From Octopus vulgaris (taxonomy: Eukaryota), in NCBI GenBank assembly GCA_951406725.2, contig OX597826.1, forward strand, positions 83,266,001 to 83,330,000: 64,000 nucleotides of DNA, in the 5' to 3' direction. This document shows positions 1-11,364 of this stretch, in pieces. Under the pieces are notes generated by a model. That model did no database searches, was not told the origin of the DNA, and saw nothing but the letters and a program-made list of their open reading frames with translations. The position numbers and the translations under genes are program-made. Each line of letters begins with the position of its first letter. Position 1 is the stretch's first letter.

Positions 1-8
1 TATATATG

Positions 9-46
<38 letters not shown>

Positions 47-88
47 TGTATTTATTTATATATATATATATATATATTTATTTATTTA

Positions 89-156
<68 letters not shown>

Positions 157-180
157 TATATATGTATATGTATATATATT
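1..180. repeat. (TA)n / (TTTA)n compound microsatellite
   Basis: Directly visible. It is representative of dozens of (TA), (CA), (CT), (GATA), (TACA), (TAA) and (GAA) tracts across the window. Confidence 0.99.
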
Positions 181-183
181 TAT

Positions 184-590
184 TCTTTTACTTGTTTCAG
201 TCATTTGACTGCGGCCATGCTGGAGCACCATCACCTTTAGTCGAACAAATCGACTCCAGGACTTATTCCTTTTATGCCTAGTACTTATTCTATCGGTTTC
301 TTTTCCCAAACCGCTATGTGACAGGGACCTAAATGCACCAACTTCGGTTGTCAAGCGACGGTGGGGGTACAAACACAGACACAACAAGCACACACATACA
401 TACATATATATATATATACATATATATATATACACGACAGGCATCTTTCAATTTCCGTCTACCAAATCCACTCACAAGGCTTTGGTCGGCACGAGGCTAT
501 AGTTGAAGACACTTGCCCAAGGTGCCATGCAATGGGACTGAACACAGAACCATGCAGTTGGTAAGCAGGCTTCCTACGACACAGCCACAC
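184..590 (-). mobile_element. tRNA-derived SINE, family A, near full length with internal (TA/TG)n
   Basis: Reverse complement reads GTGGCTGTGTCGTAGGAAG...GTTCAGTCCCATTGCATGGCACCTTGGGCAAGTGTCTTC...CAGCATGGCCGCAGTCAAATGACTGAAACAAGTAAAAG with pol III A/B-box-like head. Homologous to 2775-3170, 9039-9412, 15964-16110, 27385-27585 and 36645-37008. Confidence 0.85.
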
Positions 591-594
591 TTTA

Positions 595-665
595 TTAATA
601 AAACTGCTAAAACATCACAAAAACTGTTACTCAGAGTTTCGCGTTCCCGTTCATTGGACGAGTTT
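595..665 (-). mobile_element. Penelope-like terminal fragment with hammerhead-like motif
   Basis: Homologous to both arms of the 18511-18659 inverted repeat. Reverse complement: AAACTCGT CCAATGA ACGGGAACGC GAA ACTC T GAGT A ACAGTTTT. Confidence 0.6.
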
Positions 666-717
666 GGTTGTTCCCTACATAACAGAGCTTGCCTGTGGCT
701 ATATAACAGCTCTCTCA

Positions 718-772
<55 letters not shown>

Positions 773-1078
773 CCTCTCTCTCTCTGCTACTACGTAGTTT
801 ATATGTCGGTGTATTACTCGATCTAATCATAGTTGGTCTCTGATAATAAAAGAGCTGTTTCTCTCCTTATAGAGTTTGTCTGGGTCTGTATTATTTTCTC
901 TTTATTCGGCTTCTTTGCATTTCTAGTTTCCCTTTTTTTTTACTGTAAACTCTCTCGTTATACAGTTTCTTTGTAATTCCGTAACTGTAGGGAATCCCAT
1001 CAAATAGGGGCGCGCGCCCGTGGGTGTGTCCAACGCCGCTTGACAACCAGTGTAGCAGAACGAGAAAGTGAAGAAAAG

Positions 1079-1100
1079 GAAGAAGAAGAAGAAGAAGAAG

Positions 1101-1131
<31 letters not shown>

Positions 1132-1188
1132 TGTTGTTGTTGTTGTTGTTGTTGTTGTTGCTGCTGCTGCTGCTACTACTGCTGCTGT
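1079..1188. repeat. (GAA)n(GTT)n(GCT)n compound microsatellite
   Basis: Directly visible. Confidence 0.98.
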
Positions 1189-1319
1189 TATTTAAATTTG
1201 CAGTTGTGTGGAAGAAGGGTTTGCTATGTTTGGTAGAGTGTCCAATGGTGATACACAACAAAAGTGACCCGAGGGAAGCGAGGTAGTTGCAGCTGTTTGT
1301 TTTAAAGAACTTTCAGAAG

Positions 1320-1830
1320 ATGCTTTTGTACCGACAAAAGAGAATATACGAAGATGCTTGGTGTCGATGCGTTCCTAATTGCATCATGGTTTGCGTGTGA
1401 ATGGAAGTGAGTCAGAAGGTCTTTTGGGAGAGGTGGAATCTGGAATATGTAAAGTATTTGCCATGTTCCAAACGTACAAAGCTTCACCTCAATGTATCGG
1501 AGCACTCGTGCCATAGGGAGTACTAATAAACTATTTTAAACCTGAAGGTATACGTTAGCACTCCAGAGAAATCCAATATTTAGTTTAGATATTGTCGGTT
1601 TATGTATTGAGAAGAATCTTGTTTTGGTATTTATTGTTTTTCTTCTCTCCAGCTTAATGTATGTCGGACAGTATTCTCTTGTCAATCGGTCATGTGTTTT
1701 AAGACAGTAGAGTATGGTTTGAAGAAAAGTTGTTGTCGGCCATTTGTAACATATCGAACGACCACAGAAAAGTTCCGTCCCCGGAGAAAGTTGTATCAGT
1801 CGAACAATTCGCCCTTCTTGCTTGTATTCC
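1320..1830 (-). mobile_element. Possible very old Penelope-like RT relic
   Basis: Frameshifted pieces CPTY.., LRYIE..FVRLEHGK and ..HFHSHANH occur in the order of the PLE RT motifs APTY, RYIDD.F..W.HG and YLHF.S.HP. Highly degenerate. Confidence 0.3.
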
Positions 1831-2739
1831 CATCTACATACCTTTGCATGAATAAAATAAAATGAAGCAGGCAAGTTTTATCCTTCCAGTCATCAGTTAT
1901 CCAGTAAGGTAAGAACTAAAATGTAATAACAATGCAAACTGCAAGGAATATGATACAAGGGTCGATTTCAAAAGTTGTATTTTCTAGTGATGCGACACAG
2001 CTAACTATGCTGTGGAAGCCGAGATTGTGTGACTCTACCTAACAGCACCGTTCTCGTAATATTAAACATCAAACATACAAATGACTATCGAAACGAAATA
2101 TAGACTTACGTAAAATAGTAAAGAAACATATTCCACAAAACTTCCGGTGAGAATGTTTCCACCATTATTTTTTAGAATTTGGCAAACATACAAGAATTAG
2201 AATTCAAGTTTTATCATATTTGTCCTTCTCTTTACTTTCTTTGGTTTGCTTCGCTAATCTCAGTTGTTTTGTTCCTTACACTTTGTAGTTCCATGCAACA
2301 ATCAATTGAAAAACATCTTTGCGCCCCTTCACGTAAGCGACGGTCTTTTCACTCGACAATATGACCCAAACGTTGTGAATACGATGAACTTGTTTGTAAA
2401 TTGCATAGAAGCTGCTCAAATGTTTTTATCAACAAAGTTCATTCCTTTTAATTGAAAAGGTCCAACAAATTTCGACCAAAGGATAAAATATTTGAGTTTT
2501 AGTTTTTGCTATTTTCTTGTTTAATATTCGACAAATTAATAAAAAAAATTACGTGCAATATCTCGATATTGGCTTCTCTTAAATCACGTGACACTTATTT
2601 CCACTCCCACCTCCATTTCTGTCGATGGCTTTTGGCCACAGAAACTCTGGAATTCCGGAGAGCGATTTCAATTAAATTATAATTAACTCTCACTGGACGG
2701 ACTACTCTTTTGCAGATCTCACCAATAACAGAACAGTAC

Positions 2740-2773
<34 letters not shown>

Positions 2774-2774
2774 T

Positions 2775-3170
2775 TTTTTCTTGCTTCAGTGATGCTGCCA
2801 TGCTGGGACGCCGCTTTGAATTTTTTTTGCTTTCAGTCGAATGAATCGACACCAGTACTTATTTTTTTGAAGCCTGGTACTTATTCAATCAGCATCTTTT
2901 GTCGAACCACCATGTTACGGGGCTGCAAACACACCAACAGCGGGGAGTGGGACAAACACACACACACACTATATACGACACACACACATACACACATAGA
3001 TATACATAAATACGAAGGGCTTCTTTCAGTTTCTGTCAATCAAATCCACTCACAAGGCTTTGGTCGGCCCGACGCTATAAGCAGAAGAAACTTGCCTAAG
3101 ATTCCACGCGGTGTGACTGAGCCTTGAACCCTGTGGCTGGGAAGCAAACTTCTTACCACACAGCCACGCA
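2775..3170 (-). mobile_element. tRNA-derived SINE, family A
   Basis: Aligns by eye with 184-590, including the internal (CA)n tract. Confidence 0.85.
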
Positions 3171-3337
3171 AGAGAAATTGCTTTGGCCTAAAGCTGAAAC
3201 CGTACGGTAAAGGGATATCACAATCGCCAATTTCCGGCTATCTACGGTCGCTGCCGGCATGTATGTAAGTGTAGGTGTTCTAATACACTCAGTCATATTT
3301 AAATATGTGTGTGTGCGATTGTGTGTGTACATATGTA

Positions 3338-3420
<83 letters not shown>

Positions 3421-3676
3421 ATATATTTATATATGTGTATGTGTGTGGATGTATGGATGAATGTATGTATATTTGTATGTGTGTATGTGTGCATGTATAT
3501 ATGTGTATTGGGTTTCTGGATCTTTTACACATCTTTTCATATCAGCTGGTGCCGTACATGTCCAATGGAACGTCTAATTTGCTATTCCAATTGATAATTG
3601 GTTCAAATTTAGGCACAAGGCCTGAGATTTTGCAGGAGTGGGACTAATTGACAACATAGAGCCCGGTACTCAACGG

Positions 3677-4024
3677 GCAGAAGTAGTGGGGGAGCATCAT
3701 AGCCGTGTGTTGAAAGGAATTCTTGGAGGTTTGGATAATTCACCTTTGGAAACATAGGTGTTTCGTTCAACATCCTTAACCAATCCTTATTCAGGGACCT
3801 TTTGAGCTGGATGGGCTACTCGACCAGAAGAAAATTCTAACTGGGCCCCACCTGCAAGGTTATGCGCTGTTTATCTTGATATGAGATCACCATGTCGCGT
3901 AGATATGGTTGTGATGCATGTACCTGGTGTACCCTTATCAGACGGGTAGTCATGATGGGTATACTGAGCTTCGTAAATTTTACCCCAGTGTCACTTTGAT
4001 GGTATGTACTGCTCTCTCACTCAG
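3677..4024 (+). mobile_element. Dispersed repeat, probably the 3' region of a non-LTR retroelement, ending in a (GAT)n tail
   Basis: Begins GCAGAAGTAGTGGGGGAG, which is also where the minus-strand fragment at 45870-46084 ends. Runs into a simple-repeat tail. Confidence 0.5.
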
Positions 4025-4030
4025 TGATGA

Positions 4031-4064
<34 letters not shown>

Positions 4065-4211
4065 GGTGGTTTTTGGTGGTGGTGGTGGTGGTGGTGGTGA
4101 TAATGATGATGATAATGATGATGATGAGGATGATGATGAGGAGGATGAGGATGATGATGGTGGTGGTGGCGGCGGCGGTGGTGGTGGTGGTGGTGGTGGT
4201 GGTGGTGATAA

Positions 4212-4245
<34 letters not shown>

Positions 4246-4342
4246 GGTGGTGGTGGTGGTGGTGGTGGTTTTGGTGGTGGTGATGATGATGATGATGAAG
4301 ATGATGATGATGATGAAGATGATGATGATGATGATGATGATA
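4025..4342. repeat. Compound (GAT)n/(GGT)n trinucleotide array with internal block duplication
   Basis: Directly visible. The source of the poly-His, poly-Asp/Gly and poly-Met/Val pseudo-ORFs. Confidence 0.97.
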
Positions 4343-5651
4343 ATTTCTACGGCGACAAACCACTGCCACCAGCATGGTATTCGTCTTTCAACTAACCAAT
4401 TATGAACTCGATGTTAAATACCAACGAACTGCATTCTAAAGAACATTAACATTGCATCAAAATGTCATCAATGCTAAACGAATTTGGTAACATCCGGCGG
4501 GGAATAGTCAAAGAGAATCTTGACTAAAATTACTTTTATTTAGGATGTGCGATCAGACTGAACGGGATACTGTAGCGGCCATCTGAACAAACTGTCAGCT
4601 TTATAAAAGCGTTTGGATGTAAAAAAAAATGGAGTATATTTATTTTTCTTTCTCTTCACTCCGGTTGTGATATTAATTAAATGACATTTCTTCCGTCTCC
4701 ACATTAAATAGGTTAGGAATAAATTAACTATTTAGATTTTATGTTGAAGACATGGCATTTTAGTCTCTGCTAGCGTTTTTTCACACTTTGAGAAAGATTT
4801 TGGTAGCAAAAATAAAAAGATCTGAGGGTTTGTTCCTAGCAATTCCTCGCCCCGTTCTGACATTGGAGGCCTATCACTGTTAACCGAGTTACCATGTTCC
4901 AGTTTCCTGCAGCGTGGAGACCGGCGATGATAAGAGGTAGAATTTGAACTCACAACACAAAGAAACGGGACAAATACTGCAAGGTATTTCGTTTGTCACT
5001 AACAGTTCCACTAATCTGGACTTGTACTTTTATTATATCGATAGCAGAAAGGATAAAAGGCAAGGATTAATACCATCGACTTGAACTCAGAATGCAGAAA
5101 ATTGAAACAAATACTGCAAAGCATTCTAACAACTCTAACATTTCACCGCCTTAAATTCTATTTTGAATTAATTACAATTAAGTTAAATGTTGGAGGTTGC
5201 CTCCCTTGCTTTTGTTGACCAGAATTAAACATTAACCTCATCATTGTTTCACCAAACTTTGGCTGTAGTTAGACTTAATAAGAATTTGTTGGCTCATTAC
5301 ATTAAGCATCCTTCTACCGACTGAACTATTTACATTTCATGCAGAAGGCATCCCTGAGTTTTTCTTCCTTCATTGATGAATTAACTAAGATATTCAACAT
5401 CAAACGATGTTATGCATTAAAAGTATAATTTGATAAAACCCATATGTTACTATAGTCCAGCCTCAGGACGACCCTCGCTGAACGGAGCCACTCAAAGTCA
5501 TTCCGTTTTATCTTTTTTTTTTTTTTCATTTTCTTTTGTTCTGCTTTTCTAAGACTGCATCCTTGGGTGTATTCTTTCGGTTTTGAGATGACATTGAGCA
5601 GAAGTTACTGGCGTACTTTTTATCCGGTAAATGATTAAATTTTCATCTGTT

Positions 5652-5792
5652 TGATGCCATGGAGACTGCGGGAGCTGATGCCATGGAGACTGCGGGAGCT
5701 GATGCCATGGAGACTGCGGGAGCTGATGCCATGGAGACTGCGGGAGCTGATGCCATGGAGACTGCGGAAGATGATGCCATGGAGACTGCGGG
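5652..5792. repeat. 24-bp minisatellite, about 6 copies (TGATGCCATGGAGACTGCGGGAGC)
   Basis: Four identical units, one variant unit and one partial unit are directly visible. Confidence 0.97.
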
Positions 5793-6080
5793 ATTTAGCA
5801 AAAGGAAATGGGATTGCCATCGTTGCTATTGCCGTAGTTTAACATCAACCCTATAATCAAAGGTATTCCAATCGTGACCATTCCATTTCTAAGGCTAAGA
5901 TTATCCAATCTGTCCTTCGCTTTTGAAGACAACCAAATCTGATTTCGGGGTTATTTTGGCTGCTTTCGTGAACAGAAAGCATAGCCACGCAGACGTTCTC
6001 CTTCGTCAACATGACTGAAAAAAAAAACCACGTCTGTTTGAACGAGCAAAGGCTATGACTAAACTACTACTACTACTGCA

Positions 6081-6141
<61 letters not shown>

Positions 6142-8739
6142 ACATGAAAGAGCCTCTCTTATTACACCGGAGGTTCTCCGCAAATATTATTACATTCGAT
6201 GAACTTTCTAAAACAACGTAAAGTGTTAGATATGAACGACGAGTTGGTGGTTTTTCATGATTTCGTTTGTGTTTCGTTGATGTCCGCCAGTCAAGGTTGT
6301 TATTTTGATTGCGTTATCTTTTATTTTTGCAAGGAAGGGGTCAGATCTGATCTTATCAGCCCATCTGTAAATTAGAACAAATAAATAAGATGCTATGTGC
6401 GCGTATGATATTATATGAGTGTGTGTGTATGTGTGTGTGTGTGTGTGTATGTCCGTGCGTGTGTGTGTACATGTATATACACATATATACATGTATGTAC
6501 ATATATATATACATACATACTTATATGTGTGTGTGTGTGTGTGTGTGCGAGCGTGCGTGTGTGTGTATACGCAAGGACTCAGACACACAGAGAAAGGGAG
6601 AGGCATGAAATGAGGGGTGGGGCGCGCTAGGAAAGTGATTCGTTTTGTCACTGATATTTTGTCACTGATATTTTGATGACCTAGACAGCAATGTTACAGG
6701 TACTTTTCGAGAATGCATACCAAGCGACGAAAGAGCCTCAACGCATTCGCTCGATATGACAGAAGTAGCAGTCTATGTCCTTCAGAATCAATCTCATGTT
6801 GTCTTATAAAGGAAACAGTGCATTAGACGTAACCATCGCAACCTATGCTAAAGGAGTAAATGGTTACCAATGGATGAGCCTTATTGATTAAGGCTAACCG
6901 GGAGATAAACAGACTCGTACCAGCTATTTTAGGATTTGAAGATATCATCGGCGAATGACGGTAATACGAGACAAAGAAAAGTTCATCTCTTTTATACTTC
7001 ATGTCCACTTGAAGTGGCAGCTTTATATACGTCTTTTTTATTCTGAGTTCAAATCCTACTGGAGTTGATTTCAATTTTTCTTCACTTCAGGATAAACTAA
7101 ACAAAGTATAAGTAAACTATTACACTTGATTTAATTTGCCAGTCTTTAAAACTGTGTCACTTTGTAAATGTTCCGAATCAGCTTTCGTGAATTCTAACAA
7201 AGCATCTCCATAGCCTTTTCAGACTGATATACGTGCGCGTGTAAATACATAAATACGGAGAAGAGAGAGAAAAATGATGAGCAAGCCCTAGTAAAAGTAG
7301 TCTGCTCAGAGGCTCTCCTTTCTAGTTTTCTTCAAAAATGCACGATAAGAAATGTATTTAAGATGCAAACAGTGATAATGCTTGCGTATCTAAGACAGGC
7401 TTTGACTGGATGAACTCAAACTGTAATTATCGTATTGGTTAAAAAAAAAAGACATTTGTAAAGATAATTAATGAAGAGATAATGAAAATTCGTTAATTAG
7501 AGAAAGGAAGGAAAAGAAAAAAGAAAAATAGGAACGAAAGAAGCAAGCAACGGGGAAAAAAAACATCGTAAATATTTGTATGAAGAAAATACGAAAAGTA
7601 AAACTATGAAAGTGGCATAAATAAGCGATTAAAAAAACTGTATCTAAGGGAATAAAAAATAAAATTTGACGAGTGAGGGTAGGGAAACAAACAAAGAGCA
7701 AATTTCAAAAGACGTTGGGAAAAATAGCCAAAATGGGCGAGAAAAATAAAACCTATAAAAATGTCAACAGAAAACCTCAGAAATATATAAAAAAAAAGAA
7801 AGAAACCGATGGAGTTCAAAGTTGCGGCGAAAAATCTAATTACTTCGAGACGTTTGTTAGTAAAATGTTACAATGTAAATATTTGCATGGGTGTCAGTGT
7901 GTTTCTAAGGGTCAGCAGAAAGAATAAAGTAATATTACCATAGGTAATAGAGTTTGTGATGCTTCGGATAAGGTCTTTCATCAGGGTTAAGGTGAATGAG
8001 GCAACAAAGGAAATACAGACGAGTCTCATATCTTCTATTATTTGAATGACAAAGCAAAATACGTGGGAATGTAGAGAGGAAGAGGAGTGAGAAACGTAGT
8101 GAGTGTGGGAGCAGCAGGAAGGATATAGTAAAAGTGCGCGTGGGGTGGAAGGAAAATTAAATTAGCTGAGGAGCAAAATGAAGGGGGGGTTAAGGAGTCG
8201 AAGGAAGAGCGTTCACTTAAACGCGTCAGTACACACACACACACATATGTGCGTGTATATGTGTGTGTATAGGCTGTTATGTAGGCGATATATATATATA
8301 TATATATATATAAGTAGGTAAATAGTTATGTAGGCAAACAGATAGCTAAGTGGATAGATAGGTAGATAGGTGATACGAACAAACAAGCGCACACATACAC
8401 AAAAACAAGGAGACGAAAGCATATGACCATAGACACACATACACGTACAAACACAGAAGCAAGCATGCACACACAAACACATGAATATGCAGAATATATA
8501 TATATATACAAGCGTACACACACGCATACATATGTATGGATACACATACACACGTATGCATACATATAGTATACACATGCACACTGACGCACACAAATGC
8601 ACACAAACAAACGAAAAGAGACGCAGCACCGATAATGAACAGTCAAAAACTATGGAAGAAGTTACAAGAAGCAACGAAAATTTTAGAAGAAAATAAGGAA
8701 TGAGTGGGAATTGAACCGGTGAGTGTGATGATTAATAGG

Positions 8740-8935
8740 GCATTAAAACAGAATGACTCACTACAGACACTACAATATATATTAATAGTAGTAGTATGAC
8801 AGCAAAAGAATGAATGAGACCTCGATATTATGTAAATAGGAATTTATCTGTAATATAATGTGTGACAATTATTCGGTTGCTATAACAAAACTGTCGGGGC
8901 GGAAACCTGCACCGCCATCTCGTCAGTTATTAAGA
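8740..8935 (-). mobile_element. Probable Penelope-like terminal fragment with partial hammerhead motif
   Basis: Reverse complement of 8882-8932: AATAA CTGACGA GAT GGCGG TGCAGGTTT CCGCC CCGA. This gives a CUGANGA core plus a stem; the GAAA/stem III part appears deleted. Confidence 0.4.
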
Positions 8936-9038
8936 CTTCTTACCACATAGCCACGAAAGAGGGAGAGGAGATGCACAAATATATACACATACATGTATGT
9001 TTTTTAACCAACCATAAATATCGAAGTATATATATATA

Positions 9039-9412
9039 GGCGCAGGCGTAGCTGTGTAGTAAGACACATAGTTCCTGGTTCTGGCACCTTGGACAAGTGT
9101 CTTCTACAATAGCCTCAGGTCGACCAAAGCCTTGTAGGCGGAATTAGTAGACAGAAACTGAAAGAAGCCCGTCGAATATATGTATGTGTGTATGTGTGTG
9201 TGTGTCTTTGCGTATACGTTTTTCCCTACCACAACCACTTGAGAACCGGTGCTAGTGTGTTTACGTCCCTGTCATCCATCGGTTCAGCAAAAGTAACTAA
9301 TAGAATAAGTACCAGGCTTAAAAAATAAGTACTGACGTCGGCTAAAAGTTCTTCGAGGCGGTGCCCCAGCATGGTCGCAGTCTCATGACTGAAGCAAGTA
9401 ACAGATAAAAGA
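9039..9412 (+). mobile_element. tRNA-derived SINE, family A
   Basis: GGCGCAGGCGTAGCTGTGTAGTAAG head, internal (TG)n and the ...CAGCATGGTCGCAGTCTCATGACTGAAGCAAGTAAC tail. Confidence 0.85.
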
Positions 9413-9415
9413 TAT

Positions 9416-9577
9416 TCCTTTCTACTCCAGGTACGAGGTCTGAAATTTTGGGGAAGGGGGCCAGTTGATTAGATCGACCCCAGTATGCAACTGGTACTTA
9501 ATTTATCGACCCCGAAAGGATGAAAGGTAAAGTCGACCTCGGCGGAATTTGAACTCAGAACGTAAAGACAGACGAAA
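9416..9577 (-). mobile_element. SINE family B (Nin/Deu-domain-like), 5'-truncated
   Basis: Reverse complement contains GTTCAAATTCCGCCGAGGTCGACTTTACCTTTCATCCTTTCGGGGTCGATAAATTAAGTACCAG (B box plus Nin-like core). Many copies in the window. Confidence 0.8.
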
Positions 9578-9715
9578 AGATAAAATATATTCTTTGCTTC
9601 CTCCTCTCAGTGCTTTTCTCTCTCTCTCACTCTTTTTTTTTCTTTCTCCTTCTCTCTTTCTTTCTCTTTCACGATCTCCCTCTCTGTTCTTACGAAATCT
9701 TTCTTTCACTCTCTT

Positions 9716-9746
<31 letters not shown>

Positions 9747-9747
9747 C

Positions 9748-9811
<64 letters not shown>

Positions 9812-10278
9812 CCTCTCTCTCTCCTCTCTCCTCTCTCCTCTCTTCCCCATAAATTTATTTATCTTGTTTTCAGTTTATTATTGTCGTTTTCCTTCAGATA
9901 TATTTTCAAAACTGAAATAGCATTTTCCCTTTTTTCGTTTTTCTTGTTTGTTTTTTTTTGGCCTTGGCAGAAGAATCGCTGATAATGACTCCGTTCCTTT
10001 ATCAAGTCAAATCACTCCATTTTATTTCACCTTATTTCACTCGTTTATTTTCTTTGCATTATTTTCGTCAATGATCAATCAACGTATCGAACAGAATCTA
10101 TCGATTTTGAATGAGAAAACCTCTTCTCAATCAGCTTTAAATGCTTATTCGATTCTTTGCCTCCCGATCGTCGCTACAACATTTGAAGATCCCTTTGAAA
10201 TAAACCCAACATTTATTTCTGTCTGATGACCGGTGACGAGAAACTCACTGGAATGGTTTGTATATTTCTGCTTTAATA

Positions 10279-10324
<46 letters not shown>

Positions 10325-11055
10325 GTGCATTCACACGGTGTTGCATAGACCGCTTCGTGGTACGAGTTCAAATCTTGCCGACGTCGACTTTCATTCTTTC
10401 GTGATCGATTTGTCTGTGTGTGTCTGAAGATTTCTGTATTTCTGTGTTTTCGAATGTCTGCGTGAACAGAAGTCTGTGTAAATGAAGGACCAGTTAAATT
10501 GGCATATTTCTAAATTCCTCATTCAATATTTTTTCTTTTAAATTTACTTCTACCTGTTAGTTTATTAAATTAGATTGTTTGCTTACCTTATAAAACATAA
10601 TGTAATTTCTTTAATAAACAATGTCTTACCAAATCCGTTTATTGAACATTTTAAGTCAGCTATAAGGAATTCCAAGAATGAATTATGTGAAAGTAACGCT
10701 GAATAAACACGGTCTACAGAGGACTACTGTTTCATTGCATAATTGTTTTGGCGAGTTTTGTTGGTATTTTTTTCCTGTTTCAATGAATTGCTTTAGTTAA
10801 AAAGCAATCTTCATAACCAGACAAGTCGTAAAGCATTCGAAGAAGAGGAAGTTCCCCTGACCAAAAGATAAAGAGGGGACATTAAGCCTATCAGTCTTTT
10901 GATATATATTTAAATTTAATTAGAGGATGTGTTAACCTCATGAAGGGATGGCTTCATCCAAGGAAATACTGGTTCAATACCTAGTATTTTCGGGGAAGGA
11001 ATTTCCTTAGAATAATAGATGTAAATGAAGCATATAGTTTATAACCATTTAAAAC

Positions 11056-11279
11056 AAGAAAAGAAAATGGAGACTGGGAAGTTAATAATTGTTTAGTATT
11101 AACAACAAATTGCTTATCGTCTCTTCTTGCAGCCGTTTCAATTAATACTTAATGATTTAATTCAAATTTGTACATTAAATCATTAAGTATTAATTGAAAC
11201 AGCTGTAAGAAGTGAAGATGACCAATTTGTTGTTAATAATAAACAATTATTAACTTCCTAATCTCCATTTTTTCTTCTT
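11056..11279. repeat. Long foldback: ~105-bp inverted arms with ~12-nt loop, probably inverted Penelope-like termini
   Basis: 11056-11161 is the reverse complement of 11174-11279 with scattered mismatches. The right arm carries GAAACAGCTGTAAGA. Confidence 0.85.
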
Positions 11280-11313
11280 ATATATGTGTATATATATATA
11301 TGTGTGTGTATGT

Positions 11314-11364
<51 letters not shown>

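Noticed and set aside
6-444. YI/CV/HT/LS/SIYL-type dipeptide and tetrapeptide ORFs here and throughout the track
   Set aside because: All are translations of (TA), (TG), (CT), (GATA) or (TACA) microsatellites.
3980-4405. His-rich and Asp/Gly-rich ORFs resembling biomineral or beak proteins
   Set aside because: Single-codon runs of GAT/GGT continuing a retroelement tail; no signal peptide, splice context or codon variation.
5652-5792. CRISPR-like array
   Set aside because: Units are contiguous with no unique spacers, there are no cas genes, and the context is eukaryotic. The same applies to the 14-bp array at 61101.
10223-10262. CTGATGA...GAAAC hammerhead candidate
   Set aside because: Canonical core words, but stem II has only two pairs with a mismatch at its base, and no stem I or III complementarity was found.
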